Below, piece after piece: positions 50,393-64,000 of a stretch of 64,000 bases of DNA; within the stretch, counting starts at the first letter, position 1, and each line of letters starts with the position of its first letter. The position numbers and the translations under genes are program-made. The DNA comes from Octopus vulgaris (taxonomy: Eukaryota), in NCBI GenBank assembly GCA_951406725.2, contig OX597828.1:74586001-74650000 (forward strand), given 5' to 3'. The notes under the pieces were generated by a model. The model saw nothing but the letters and a program-made list of their open reading frames with translations. It was not told where the DNA came from and ran no database searches.

Positions 50393-51194
50393 CCAGCGCC
50401 TTCGAGTAGTTTCTGAATTTTTCATTCGTCCCGGTAGACTCATAAATTTTTCTTGATTTAACAAATGTTATTATCATAGGATCATTTTATTTGTTTGTCT
50501 TTAGTTTGCTCAGATGACATAAGAGCGAGAAACTAGAATAGGTGACTGAGCGAAGTATGTCTGTCTGTCTATCTATCTATCTATCTATCTACCAGCCAAA
50601 CTTTCCATCTGTCTGACTCTGTCTCTGAATACCTAGCAACCTGTGCGTGTGTGTTCAAAATTATCAACGGAATAACATAAAAGACCAAGCGAAACTAGAA
50701 GTAACTGATTAATGAAAGATTAAGAAATTGGAAGTGTCTTCGATATATAAGATTAAGATCATCTTCAGAAAGACAGAAGGAAAAGTCTGTGTTTGTAGAA
50801 TCAAAATTATAATAATTCTGATTCTCTAAACCAGTAAATTTTCATTATATTTATACAATTATCAAATAACAAGGGAACAGGATTTATACAACATACGCCA
50901 TTGACTTACAGCTGTTTCTATCATTGGAAGCTGTGCATTCAATGCTGATTGCTCATGAGGAAGCTATAAAATGTTGCACATGCACTCAGCTCTGAATGCA
51001 CTGCTTCACATAGCAGAAACAGCTGCAAGCTAATGGAGGTGTTTGCATAATTCCTATTCCGTTGTCATTCCAGTTATTCATATAACGCGCTGTATTCACC
51101 TAACGCATTATTCTGAAGCATTTGTATACTGAGTTGTAACAACTGATTATTAGCATAACCAGCCAGCCAGCCAGCCAGACAGACAGACACACAG

Positions 51195-51344
51195 ACTGTG
51201 TTGTAAGAAACTTGCTTCCCAACCACATGGTTCCGGGTTCAGTCCCATTGTGTAGCACTTTGAACAAGTATCTTCTATTATAGCTTCAGCTCGACCAAAC
51301 TCTTGTGAGTGGCTTCGGTAGATGGAAACTGAAAGGATCCAATC

Positions 51345-51410
<66 letters not shown>

Positions 51411-51580
51411 ATGTATGCGTGTGTATTTGCGTCTGTGTTTGTCCCCCCTTCCCAACCATTACCGTGTGATAACCGCTGTTGGTGCTCTTGCGTCACCATA
51501 ACTTAGTGGTTCGGCAAGAAAGATCGATAGAAAAAGTATCAGGCGTAAAAAATAAGTCCTGGAATCGATTCATTCGACTA
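51195..51580 (+). mobile_element. SINE family B (3' tail missing)
   Basis: Family B head and body with internal (TA)n. Confidence 0.8.
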
Positions 51581-51592
51581 AATATTATTATA

Positions 51593-51641
<49 letters not shown>

Positions 51642-51689
51642 CTTATGTATTAATGCATATACGTGTGTATGTTCCTACGGATATATTTA

Positions 51690-52385
51690 TACATACACAT
51701 CCACACATTCCTGCCGATTCCTCCCTTACCTCTTCCTGCCACGACAGAGAAGAGCATTCTCGCCTGGTTTCTAAGCTTTTACCTCTTTTTTCATCAAACT
51801 GTGAGTGTCACACTCACAGTTTCTCTCTTTCTTGTGATGAAGGACAAATGTCCGAAACGGTAAGGCATTTTTTCTTTCTATTAAAGCTTTAGTAGACACG
51901 TTAGGAGGACACAAAGTTTCACAAAAAGATATTAACTTGAAGATTTAATAGAACGAAAAAATACCTTATCGTTTCAGACATTGGTCCTTCATCAGAAGAA
52001 AGAGAGAAACAGAGGGTGTGACAAAGAAGGCGGCGGCGAGCTGGCAGAAACGTTAGAACGCCGGGCGAAATGCTTAGTGGTATTTCGTCTGCCGCTACGT
52101 TCTGAGTTCAAATTCCGCCGAGGTCGACTTTGACTTTCATCCTTTCGGGGTCGATAAATTAAGTACCAGTTACGCACTGGGGTCGATGTAATCGACTTAA
52201 TCCGTTTGTCTGTCCTTGTTTGTCCTCTCAGTGTTTAGCCCCTTGTGGGTAGTAAAGAAACAGATGATGTGACCGAGATAAACAGTGAAAAAGAGGCGAA
52301 GGGTTTGAAACCAGGTGAGAATGCTTTTCTATGCGTTGCGGGGTGGTGTACGAAGGGAGGAAAAGGTGGGAGTGTAAATGTACAT
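51690..52385. mobile_element. Tail-to-tail pair of diverged PLE-like terminal repeats, each with a hammerhead-like motif; second copy split by a family A SINE (52030-52260)
   Basis: Plus: ctt GTGATGA A GGAC-aaat-GTCC GAAAC GGTA agg (51831-51865). Minus: ctt CTGATGA A GGAC-caat-GTCT GAAAC GATA agg (51964-51998). Both share upstream AGCATTCTC(G/A)CCTGGTTTC. Confidence 0.7.
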
Positions 52386-52715
52386 AGAGAGACCTATCAA
52401 TATCAACATACACACGTATATACATACATAGGTGCATGAATGTGTGTGTGTGTGTGCAAACGGTTTATCAGTATCAATCCAGCTGTTTTGACGTTGAAAG
52501 GGTTAGAAATGTAACCGTGAAACTGATCTAAACACTTGAGACTTGGCAGCTGTCTGATATTTTGGCGACAACACTTAGCTGCCAGGTTACTTTATACGAT
52601 TCATCTCTGAAGAGGAGACACACATACACACAAAAATAGTCATGCTTACGTATATTCCCACCTATTCCTGTAGAGGCAGAGCTGGTTACTGTGATATGAA
52701 CAGTCATCTCTCTCA

Positions 52716-52746
<31 letters not shown>

Positions 52747-52834
52747 ATATATATATATAATTTGTGTGTGTTACTCACATACAAAGATATGTAGGTTAAA
52801 ATGTAAAGTTTCCTCTTATACCCTTTTCGGCAGA

Positions 52835-52912
<78 letters not shown>

Positions 52913-53093
52913 TGTGTGTGTACGTACATATATATATATATTCTGTAGTTTCAGCTCGGAGCTGCGGCCATGCTGATACACCGCCGTTATATATATATAT
53001 ATATAAGTCCTGGAATACTACGCAAGTAAAAGGAGCACATACAAAATAACTGGGGTAAAGACATACATATACGTATACTTTTGCGTGAGTATA

Positions 53094-53149
<56 letters not shown>

Positions 53150-53710
53150 CACGTATGTACGCACATGCAGGCAGGCAGGCGGGGAGGCAGGCAGAAACAC
53201 ATGCGATAACCATTGTATGACGTTGTTCATAATCTACGATGAGTTGTGTGTAGATGTTCATGCGATACCATATGTTTTATTATAAAATATTCCTGTGGTG
53301 TTTTGCCGCTTCCTATAGATCGTATCACGTGGTTTTGTGGTTGGGAAGACGGAAGTGGTTAAACAAATATGGCACAGTTGTTGTCTTCATTCCTCGTCGT
53401 TTCATTCTTTGTACCTTTCGTTCACACCTAATATCTTTATCTCTCCCCCTCCCCCGCCGTCGGTTACCCGACATTGTACGTACACTCTTCCACCCCTTTT
53501 GTCTTCTATCTACCTCAAATTTTGCTTGCTTGCTTGTGTGTGTGTGTGTGTGTGCGCGCGCATATAAGGTGTGTGGGTGCGTGTGCACACTCCTAAGTAT
53601 CAGTTATGTATGCGTGATAGTATATGTATGTATATCCAAGAATGCATATGCACACACACACATACATGTATGTATGTATCAGATGAGAGCGCGCACACAC
53701 ACGCATATAT

Positions 53711-53944
53711 ATTTCTTTACTACCCACAAGAGGTTAAACACAGAGGGGACAAACAAGGACAGACAAACGGATTAAGTCGATTACATCGACCCCAGTGCGT
53801 AACTGGTACTTAATTTATCGACCCCGAAAGGATGAAAGGCAAAGTCGACCTCGGCGGAATTTGAACTCAGAACGTAACGGCAGACGAAATACAGCTACGC
53901 ATTTCGCCCGGCGTGCTAACGGTTCTGCCAGCTCGCCGCCTTTA
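53711..53944 (-). mobile_element. Young SINE family A monomer with 16-bp TSD
   Basis: Near-consensus copy. Direct repeat acacacacgcatatat at 53695-53710 and 53945-53960. Confidence 0.9.
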
Positions 53945-54119
53945 ACACACACGCATATATGCATGCGTATATCTCTTTGCTTCGCCAGATTCTTTATGTG
54001 AAACAGTGTGTTAAAATAGCTATTGTATTTTGATAGGGTCAAACTTCCAGCTGATTACACATCACACAATAAACACCTCAGCAGAAACTCATACAGTTTC
54101 TCATACAGAAACTCATATA

Positions 54120-54600
54120 CAGGGAGTTCTGGATTAGTTTGACAGTTTGCATAAAAGGGAAAGAAAGCTTAAAATCCCATCCAAAAATATGTTTTCTTCT
54201 TTTCTTTAAATCAAAAAATATCAACGAGATTTTGGTGGAAGAAAACCATTTACTCAGAGTAATTACCCTCAGTTTTCACCACCGCCTCATGACAGCTATT
54301 CTTTGGACATTTTGATCTTGGTCACCTGCTCGGCCTTGATGTTGCAGGCAGAACGGTCGGTGTCTTTCTCAGCCGCCTTCCATTCATAGTAATCCAAAGG
54401 AATACAAACGGGAGAATTAAGAGGCCAGAAATTGGTGCTGGTGAAGTCGTAGAAATCGTCCGACAACCATTCTGACTATTCCCCGAGCTACGACAAGGTA
54501 CAGAATCCTGCTGCCACAGATATGGCCATCCAGCAGAAAACATCTCCAGCCAAGGTTTGACTCCAGTCTCCAGCAACTTCACATAGCTACCGATCTGAGC
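54120..54600 (-). mobile_element. Tc1/mariner-superfamily transposase remnant (DD37D/maT-like)
   Basis: VKPWLE...PYLWQQDSVPC...SQ, continuing after a frameshift as DFYDFTSTNFWPLNSP and, further on, EKDT. This matches the WQQDxAPxH...WPPNSPD catalytic region. Confidence 0.8.
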
Positions 54601-56256
54601 TTAAAGTCTTATTCATCAGTTGTTAGATGCATTCCGGCGCGAAGACTCAGTCAGAACACCTCCCTTCCTGCTGGCCACAGCATCATATTCTCTGTTACAG
54701 CAGTCCATGTTACGTCCTACTTCCTTTTTAGTATCCACAGAGCATTGAGCAACAGTCATGGTCTGCATATTTTGATATCTGGTGTGAATTATCACGACAC
54801 AGGAAACTCTTTTTCAATATTCAAATAACTTCCAGTCCTCCTGGTCAGCAGACGTTCGCTTTTCTCAACTACAGCTTTAATCTTTTTGCTCGCCAACGCT
54901 GGTGACTGTTGAAACGATACATCAAGCTGTTCTTGAAAACAGGAGTCATAAGAAATTCTCAAATTTAACCCGAACAACATATGTATTAACATATTTGTTT
55001 AAGCAAACTCAGCACAAACGCCACTAACCCGCCATTACACAATAGATAATTAAATAAATAAATAAATAAATATCAGCCGCCCATAAAGCAAAATGAAACA
55101 GTGATGTAAATCTCGTTGGAAAGCAATGGTGTAGCGAAAGATTTTGATAAATCAATCAGCTGATTGTTAGAGAAGTGAGAAACAGGGCGTGTGCTTCTTT
55201 GGCAGAGCCACCCTCCCAAAATATAACACATACAAAAATACATATTACACACACACACACACACTTCTGTAAGGTACCACATGACGCTTACTTTAACGGA
55301 CAAAGTGGTTAAGAAGTTCGTTTCGCAAACATGTGGTACTGGGTTCGATTCTGCTATGCGGTATCTTAGCCAAGCTTTTAGTTGTTTTTTTTTCCACCAT
55401 GGCTTCGGCTTCTGCCATACGTTGTGAGCCAAACTGCGTTGATGGAAATCGGGTGGAAGCCCGTCGGGCAAATTGTACCGGTAATTTAAAACGTGCAACC
55501 TAATCACATTGTGTGACGAGAAGAATACATATGTTTGTGGTATACTTAGTCCCCTAGATGTTAAGTTAACCAATCAGGCGTTGAGTTGAGTGAATAGCTA
55601 AATGCTTATTGTCGAAATCAATCGTGCATCGCGTGCGCGCGCACATACATTTATATATATATATATATAACGTCTATTAAAGAACTAATAAGATCCATGA
55701 AACAGCTGTAAAGAAATGGAATAAACATCTACTCTCTGACCTCATTTAATTTACCTGTCATATATATACATATATATAGATAGATAGATATCTTGTATGA
55801 TCGACCGGGCTATCGGATGTCGTTATACATCGCTGATCAAAGCTGCTTTAGCTTTCGAAAGATGCCATCCCGCTAGCTAGGTGAGCAGGTCGACGTCCCC
55901 ACCCCCTATGAGCGGAAGGATCGTCGGTTGGAGGGTGACCCATTTGCAGCTGAGTGGACTGGAGAAACGCGAAATGAAGTGGTTTGCTGAAGAACACAGC
56001 GTGCTACCGGTCTGGGAATCGAAACCACGACCGCGAGTGCGACAGACCTATCAACAAGAGCAGAATAAAAGTAGAGATTCGAATCTCCCCCCCTTGGATA
56101 TGCACCCTCATCTATTCCAATGCATAAAATACCAAAGAAACATCTGAGGGCAAATTATATTTAACACTTGATTGGAAGTTGGATCTGCACAGATTTAAAT
56201 GTTCTACGATTGGTTAAATGTTATGCTGTCTCATTTGAAAGATCGACTTCTCAATA

Positions 56257-56641
56257 CAGTTATACCTCGCAGTACGAGTTCAATTCGTTCCATGACCGAA
56301 CTCGTCTTACGATTTACTCGATTTACAAATCAATTTTTCCCATTGAAATTAACTAAAATATAATTATCCCGTTCCAGCCTCACAAAACCACCCAAAATAA
56401 ATTATGGGTTCTAAAACAGAAAAAGGTGTGGCTACAAGTAAAATGACAATTATATTAAAAAATGCAAAAAAAAAAAATATGTCAACTGGTTATATTAACT
56501 GAATTACCTTAAATATGGAACGATCTGTGTGTTCGTACTGCGGATTGCCGCTCGTACTTCAAAGCAAAATTTCGCACGGGTCTCGGCTGGGACAGCAAAT
56601 TATTCGTACAATGGGGGTACTCGCACTGAGAGGTTCTACTG
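56257..56641. mobile_element. Tigger/pogo-like MITE
   Basis: TA|CAGTTATACCTCGCAGTACGAGT ... ACTCGCACTGAGAGGTTCTACTG|TA. Confidence 0.75.
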
Positions 56642-56674
56642 TATACCTATTGTGTCTATGGGCGGCACGTGCCG

Positions 56675-57063
56675 GACCCTTCAAAAGCAGCGTCCTACAT
56701 GCGCTCTTATATGCAAGTGAGACGTGGGCTCCTACGAAGTGGATGGAACATCGATTGGCTTATGACGCGAAGGACCATGGTAAGACCCTCGAAATGGGAT
56801 AATTCGAGAATGGACGAGAGTGAACGATGTGACCATGAAATACCGGAAGCACAACTTCCGCTGGGCCGGATATATTGCAAGGTTTACGGACAATAGGGTG
56901 AACCCGTCCAGTTGCCGAGCGGTATCCTTGAGATCGGAAAAAGACCCTTGGAAGGCGTCCACAACGATGGGAAAACGATTTAGTTAAGCAATTTGGGTCG
57001 AGATGGAAAAGATTGGCACAATCAAGGCAGAATTGGAAGCGCATTGTGACCAGTGGTGTATAA
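56675..57063 (+). mobile_element. RTE-clade LINE 3' fragment, decayed
   Basis: VLHALLYASETW, then FRWAGYIARFTDNR, then across frameshifts RKKTLGRRPQRWENDLVKQFGSRWKRLAQSRQNWKRIV. Confidence 0.85.
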
Positions 57064-57621
57064 CAGTAGCTGACGTCGATAGTGTGATACTGCCACCAAC
57101 TTAATTCTTCGATGCGAGTCATTTAATCAATGAGAGTGCTCAACACCTCAATAAGTAGTCAGTGTCGTTACCATATCTTTGTTAGTTAAACAAACAAAAC
57201 GAATGAATCTTAAATAAACTACATGAGAAAGATATGGAATATTGACAACAACTTACTTCACGAGATATTTAGCTGTTTCAGCAACTATTCACCTCATCAG
57301 CCGCTGGTGAACCAAAGACAGTTTACTTGTTTAACCACACACAATTTTTATATAACAAATGTTGGCATCGTATGTGGTCGGAATAGAATTCGGCCTGGAA
57401 CGGAACAAATCGATCATTATATATTTTACCGAGATACAATAACTGTCTTAGAAAGATGATAAATAATACATTTCAATTACTTTTATAGGGTAATATAAGC
57501 TGGGACGCTAAAATACATGACAGGGGTTGTATATAATGGACAAAGCTAAGAGTACGGTGTTAATTAATTCAAGAAAGATATTTAATTATCGAGTTTACAT
57601 GATGTCCCAACAGGACACTGC

Positions 57622-57652
<31 letters not shown>

Positions 57653-57953
57653 TGTATGTATGTGTGTGTGTGTGTGTGTGTGTTGTGTGTGTGTGGGTGG
57701 GTGGGTGTTTGTAGATTTATTCATATATACAGAAACCCAGAGATGAATATACATTTATATGATGTAAAATATAAGTGTTAGAAATACGAACGTAAAAAAG
57801 GAAAAAAAAAAGGTTTTGTTTGTTAGTTTCTTTCGTTTCCTATCGACATCAATGTTTGCTATGGCGTCCTCTTGTCTGGGAAGAATCTGTGCTGTGTAGT
57901 TTATAGCAGCTGGTGCAACATAGATGGATAGACAGATAAACAGAGAGACAGAC

Positions 57954-58001
<48 letters not shown>

Positions 58002-58059
58002 CAGCAGGGAATTGTACCGAAGCACTGTTATGAGAAGGGCAACAACTTATGCACATTAT

Positions 58060-58181
58060 CACACACACACACACACGTATATACACATATATTTGCATAT
58101 ATATATATATACACACACATACATTTGCATATATATACACACACACATACATTTGCATATATATACACACACACATACATT

Positions 58182-58221
<40 letters not shown>

Positions 58222-58532
58222 CAACGCCTGTTCTGATGCATACATATATATATACACACACACATTCATATTACATACATAAACGTATACATATACACAC
58301 ATACATGGACACATATACATACACAAACATACACATATACATACACACACACGCATATGCATAACACACACACACACATATGCATAACACACACACACAC
58401 ACATACATACGCACACACGCATATGCATACACACACACACATATGCATAACACACACACACACATATGCATAACACACACACACACATATGCATAACACA
58501 CACACACACATACATACGCACACACGCATATG

Positions 58533-58572
<40 letters not shown>

Positions 58573-58580
58573 CACACATA
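58060..58580. repeat. Compound CA/TA repeat with higher-order unit ACACACACATATGCATA
   Basis: Directly visible. Confidence 0.9.
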
Positions 58581-58909
58581 TACAAATACGCGCGCTCGCA
58601 GGAATACCTCAATGTGCGTTGGCAATTGATTCCAAGACGTGACTAAACCCGGAAAGCGACGTAACACGAATAAACTATTGGCTTATATTTGTTTGAATAA
58701 ATGTCTTTTTTTCACGTGAATTTCATTTTCCACTTCAGTTATTAGTTTTTAGGGTATTTCCTGTAAATTTTAATGCTTTTCAATGTATGACACCGACGTA
58801 AATTCGGGTAAAGCGTCTGAAGTTAAGATTTATTCATCCATTAATTCGAAATAGACGTAACTCGAAACGACGTAAATTGAGGTCTGTCTCTGTGCGTGTA
58901 TGTGTGTAT

Positions 58910-58952
<43 letters not shown>

Positions 58953-59038
58953 AAAATGTGTCAATAATGATGCTATGTAACATTGATTTCAGCGGAACCG
59001 GAAGAGCGCGGGTGTAAAGGGGGCGTGATCAAATTTTG

Positions 59039-59072
<34 letters not shown>

Positions 59073-60309
59073 TTTTCTACTCTAGGCACAAGGGCCGAAA
59101 TAATGGGGGAGGGAGCCAGTCGATTAGATCGACTCCAGTACGCAACTGGTACTTAATTTATCGACCTCGAAAGGATGAAAGGCAAAGTTGACCTCAGCGA
59201 AATTTGAACTCAGAACGTAAAGACATACGAATACATACACACACACACATGCACACTCAGAAAGTGAATTCATGTTAACATGCATGTAATCCTATGACGT
59301 AAGTGTACAGGCTATCATATCCAGAGCACATAACACTCATTTAAAATTCTTCCGGGGAAGTGGTTATTCTTTTGTCACTGAAACGGACGTAAAGACAAAT
59401 TATTAAATCAGTCAACCTTGTTTTCTTGTCATACACCAATACGCGCGCGTGTGCGCTTAAGATCATTCTTATCGAAGAGTTCCTCGATTATCTTGAGTAA
59501 AGCGTACCAGAAGACCGCCATAATATTCGAATCACTGCATGTCCAACGTATAACTACGTATAATATTAGAGAGAGTTGCCTAAACTTTGAAAAAAACAAA
59601 AACAAAAAGAAAAAAATCATACCGTACGGAAAAACCTATAATTTGATGTAAATACAGACGAAGATAAATTGTTCGGACACAGTTTTACGGTTCGCAAATT
59701 TAGTAATTGCTAACGACACACGTAAAAAGAAATATCTGCATCTTCAGAGTTTCCAGAGGAAAAGAAACAACAATAAAACAGAACGGAGTCCTTTATTGGA
59801 GAATTCTCTTTGCTTCTAAGCTTGGTGCGTTCCATTCCGGTGACCGAACTAAGTACGTTAGTATTCTAAATTTAGAATATTTCCGTCATTCACATTCACG
59901 GCTTTGATGCCAAGCATTCCTCTGACATTCTTGTCATCAATTCTTTGAAATCCTATTTAAGTGTAAATAAAGTTGAATTATTTCTACTACGGTTCCTATA
60001 AGCACCAATTTACATTTCTTTATTTTATCTATCGAGTGAAATTTATCAGCGATGCATTTCTAAAACAATCCCTTTTCGCCATCATTAATAATTTTCCGTC
60101 AACACAGCCGCCATCTTCAATAATATTTTCCACTTCGTCTTCCACATTATCATTCATATAAACTACTCCACCCTGACAAGACTAACATTATGGATTCATC
60201 CAATGAAGCATCCAGAAAATAATTCGGTTTTTTTTTTCCCTTCAATATCGTTGTTTTATTTCCATTTTCTTTGGACTGTTACAAGCAATAATATCGGCTT
60301 CAGTTAAAC

Positions 60310-60604
60310 CAGGGGATCTCAACCATTTAAGACGAATCTATGGACCCCTGTGATTACTATTTTCTTCTAGTGGAACCTCAAAGCCATTCGATGTTTAGAA
60401 ACTAGTTTTAAAGAAATTTCTTTCAAAATTCTCATTTTGTTTTTTACACATTAATTTTACCAGGTTGAATGTTAGAAAAAGAAACCTATCTGTTTCTTGC
60501 AATACATACCGATATATACGCCTAAACGAATTTGTTTCAGGGGCCCTTAAAATGTTATTTTGTAATGTGGATCCTTCACAATCTTATACGGTTGAGAACG
60601 GCTG
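60310..60604. mobile_element. hAT (Charlie-like) MITE
   Basis: CAGGGGATCTCAACC ... GGTTGAGAACGGCTG, with 8-bp flanks agttaaac / atttaatc (degenerate TSD). Confidence 0.6.
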
Positions 60605-60748
60605 ATTTAATCAGTAGATTACATAAATTACTCGGAGGCGTAATCTGTGTGAAAAAAGCAATAGTTAAGTAAATGTTATCGCCAGTCTTGTGAGCAAAGA
60701 TCAAATAGGAAGAATATCACGGTTGACTTCAAAGCGTGTGCTGCACCG

Positions 60749-60801
<53 letters not shown>

Positions 60802-60844
60802 CCGAGACATTTGTTCTTTTCTATTTTTTCTCTTCTCATCTATT

Positions 60845-60879
60845 CTTTCTGTAGAAGAGCGTATGCTCGAAACGTTAAG
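60845..60879 (+). ncRNA. Minimal hammerhead-like motif, same family as 15185-15220
   Basis: cttt CTGTAGA A GAGC-gtat-GCTC GAAAC GTT aag. Confidence 0.55.
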
Positions 60880-60909
60880 CACTAATTTTCCTGAGCGCAA
60901 ACCTAATTA

Positions 60910-61111
60910 GAGTAATACCTCGCCATGTCGCGGTTCACCTATCGCGGTTTATTATTTACGCTTACGTCGATTCCTCTGTGGTGTTGTTTTCTATTTATAA
61001 GAAAATAAATATAAACAAATTTAAAAAATAACAAAAAAATACAGTACAGTACTGTTTCTACATCGCGGATTTTCACCTATCGTAACACCCGCGATAGTCA
61101 AGGGATTACTG
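60910..61111. mobile_element. Tigger-like MITE inserted in the PLE-like repeat
   Basis: GAGTAATACCTCGCCATGTCGCGG ... CCGCGATAGTCAAGGGATTACTG|TA. Confidence 0.65.
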
Positions 61112-61178
61112 TACACCCTGTTTATTTACCTTTTTTTTACCCCGTCTTCGTGCTTTTTTCCATTTTTGTACCACTCAC

Positions 61179-61234
<56 letters not shown>

Positions 61235-61235
<1 letters not shown>

Positions 61236-62100
61236 TTTTCTACTCTAGGCATAACGCCCAAAGTTTTTTTTTGGGGGGGGCAGTCGATTAGTTCGACCCC
61301 AGTACGAAATTGGTAATTAATTTATCGGCCCCGAAAGGATGAAAGGCAAAGCGAAATGCTTAGTGACATTTCGTCTGCCGCTACGTTCTGAGTTCAAATT
61401 CTGCCGAGGTCGACTTTGCCTTTCATCCTTTCGGGGTTGATTAAATAAGTACCAGTTACGCACTGGGGTCTATATAATCGATTTAATCCGTTTGTCTGTC
61501 CTTGTTTATCCTCTCTGTGTGTAGCCCCTTGTGGGTAGTAAAGAAATAGGTATTTCGCCTGCCGTTACGTTCTGAGTTCAAATTCTGCCGAGGTCGACTT
61601 TGCCTTTCATCCTTTCGGGGTCGATTAAATAAGTACCAGTTATGCATTGGGGTCGATATGATCGACTTAATCCGTTTGTCTGTCGTTGTTTGTCCCCTCT
61701 GTGTGTAGCCCCTTGTGGGTAGTAAAGAAATAGGTATTTCGTCTGCCGTTACGTTCTGAGTTCAAATTCTGCCGAGGTCGACTTTGCCTTTCATCCTTTC
61801 GGGGTCGATTAAATAAGTACCAGTTACGCACTGGGGTCTATATAATCGACTTAATCCGTTTGTCTGTCCTTGTTTATCCTCTCTGTGTGTAGCCCCTTGT
61901 GGGTAGTAAAGAAATAGGTATTTCGCCTGCCGTTACGTTCTGAGTTCAAATTCCACCGAGGTCGACTTTGCCTTTCATCCTTTCGGGGTCGATTAAATAA
62001 GTACCAGTTATGCATTGGGGTCGATATAATCGACTTAATCCGTTTGTCTGTCCTTGTTTGTCCCCTCTGTGTGTAGCCCCTTGTAGGTAGTAAAGAAATA
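61235..62100. mobile_element. SINE family A: inverted partial copy (61235-61351) fused to a plus-strand tetramer with a 184-bp period
   Basis: Units restart at ggtatttcg at 61549, 61733 and 61917. Confidence 0.92.
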
Positions 62101-62603
62101 AGAAATGCTGCTAAGTATCTGTCCCGTCGCGGAAACGATTCTGTCAACTCGCCACCTAAAAATATCGATTTATATTAATGTCGGGTTCACTAATTGCGAA
62201 ATGGGTTCACTAGCGAAGGTTAATATATTTAAGTGAGGATCAGGTCACTGAAGCATGATCATCAACTCATAAATTTAATTACATCAATTAATATTTATAA
62301 TTGATGTCATTGAGTCACAATACAATTGAAACACCAATCGTCTCGTAGATATGAAGCGATAAGTTTATACTAACTCTAAGGATTAATCAGTCAAACAATA
62401 AACTTACTGTAACTTGGATTAATATGTTCAGTGGATGGTTGCTCAGGAATTCAGTTTATGATCTTTGAAGGTGCTATATGGTTTCTTTGGAGAGTAAAAT
62501 TTCAAGTAGAATGTCTATATTTAAACTAATTGCAATTCCTTTAGCGTTTAAGATACAGAATCAGATTTAGCGAGTTTCTGGAAGAAATTATGTACGGAGA
62601 TAT

Positions 62604-62636
<33 letters not shown>

Positions 62637-62932
62637 CTTACATGCGTGAGTATGTGTAAGTGTTGACATGTGTTTTTAGAAAAGCGTTTACGCACACACA
62701 CACACACACACACACACATGTTCTCGACCGAACCTTTAGATCTTTTAGTAACTCTTGTGCTTATTCTTGGTTGATAATGATAATCGTAATAATACACATT
62801 TCACACACATCCACATACTTACACATACACAAACACACACACACGCGCGCTTGGTTGCAGAAAGCAAAAGAAGGAAAAAAGGACAAAGTACGCTCATTCA
62901 CTCTTATTTCCCCGAAGCCTTCACCTTGAAAT

Positions 62933-63097
<165 letters not shown>

Positions 63098-63592
63098 CAA
63101 CACTGAAACAATGGCTATAATGTTCAAAGACACTCCTTAAGCATGCCTTATATTTTACACACACACACACACATACGCGCGTGCGCGCATACACACATAC
63201 AGACATATGTGCACGCTTATACACACAAAAACAAGTACTGGCATATACACACATATACACACACATGAATCCACATAGTAATCTGAAATCTGGTGGCAAT
63301 TTAGTCTTTGCTGTTACGTACAAACAGTGCCATGTTTGTATAAAATCAGCAAAACATCTCTACCAACACCACCGCTACCACCATCACTAGCAACAACAAC
63401 AACAACAACAACATGATGCTATTTATATCTCATGGCATTACAACCCATCCTGTACCATCCTGTCGGTAATATTTTGTTTCAATTTGGTTCACTGTTGAGT
63501 TTATATTTTTTGGTAAGCAAGAAAGAAACGACTTTGAAATCGTTTTTTTTTTTGTATATTAGGATAATTAGAGACATGACAAGCAGATTGTG

Positions 63593-63643
<51 letters not shown>

Positions 63644-63738
63644 CAATAATAATAAAGGGTAAAATTAATTAACTAGTAATCAATAATTCTATCAAGTAGT
63701 GTTCATCATGTTAAAAGGACCATTTACGGTAAACTTAA

Positions 63739-63822
63739 ACATTACTTTATATAATTATGAGTATAATTATAATTTTTTTGCTGAACCCTAATTATAATTA
63801 TACTCGTAATTATATAAAGTAA

Positions 63823-63825
<3 letters not shown>
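63739..63825. repeat. AT-rich hairpin, 36-bp arms, 15-nt loop
   Basis: acattactttatataattatgagtataattataatt pairs with aattataattatactcgtaattatataaagtaatgt, with 1 mismatch. Confidence 0.9.
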
Positions 63826-63876
<51 letters not shown>

Positions 63877-64000
63877 TATATAGACACACACATATATAGA
63901 AACATGTGTATGTACTTATATAAGCTTATGAGTATTTGTAAAAAATATATATATACATACACAAACATGCGTGTATAAATGCATATATACGTGTATATAT

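Overview
AT-rich, microsatellite-dense eukaryotic (animal) DNA with no recognisable host protein-coding gene. The repeat landscape suggests an octopus or other coleoid cephalopod intergenic or intronic region; this is an inference and no search was run. Nearly all six-frame ORFs are microsatellite or SINE artefacts. The real coding traces are all transposon-derived: a 5'-truncated but uninterrupted CR1/L2-group LINE ORF2 (28747-31062, -), a Helitron PIF1-helicase fragment, two RTE 3' fragments, an RLE-type retrotransposon C-terminus, a Penelope-like (PLE) ORF fragment and a Tc1/mariner remnant. At least three tRNA-derived SINE families and several MITEs are present. The most interesting signals are: (1) a LINE/SINE pair sharing a 3' tail whose stem-loop covaries; (2) about 8 minimal hammerhead-ribozyme-like motifs with variant cores, together with inverted PLE-type repeats and many foldback hairpins; (3) a 2.25-kb composite Helitron whose empty site can be rebuilt from the opposite arm of the palindrome it interrupts; (4) SINE multimers with a fixed junction; (5) a TIR element with an atypical 6-bp target duplication; (6) a templated insertion with a 48-bp duplication. 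All alignments were done by eye, so element edges are approximate unless a TSD or terminal motif is quoted.
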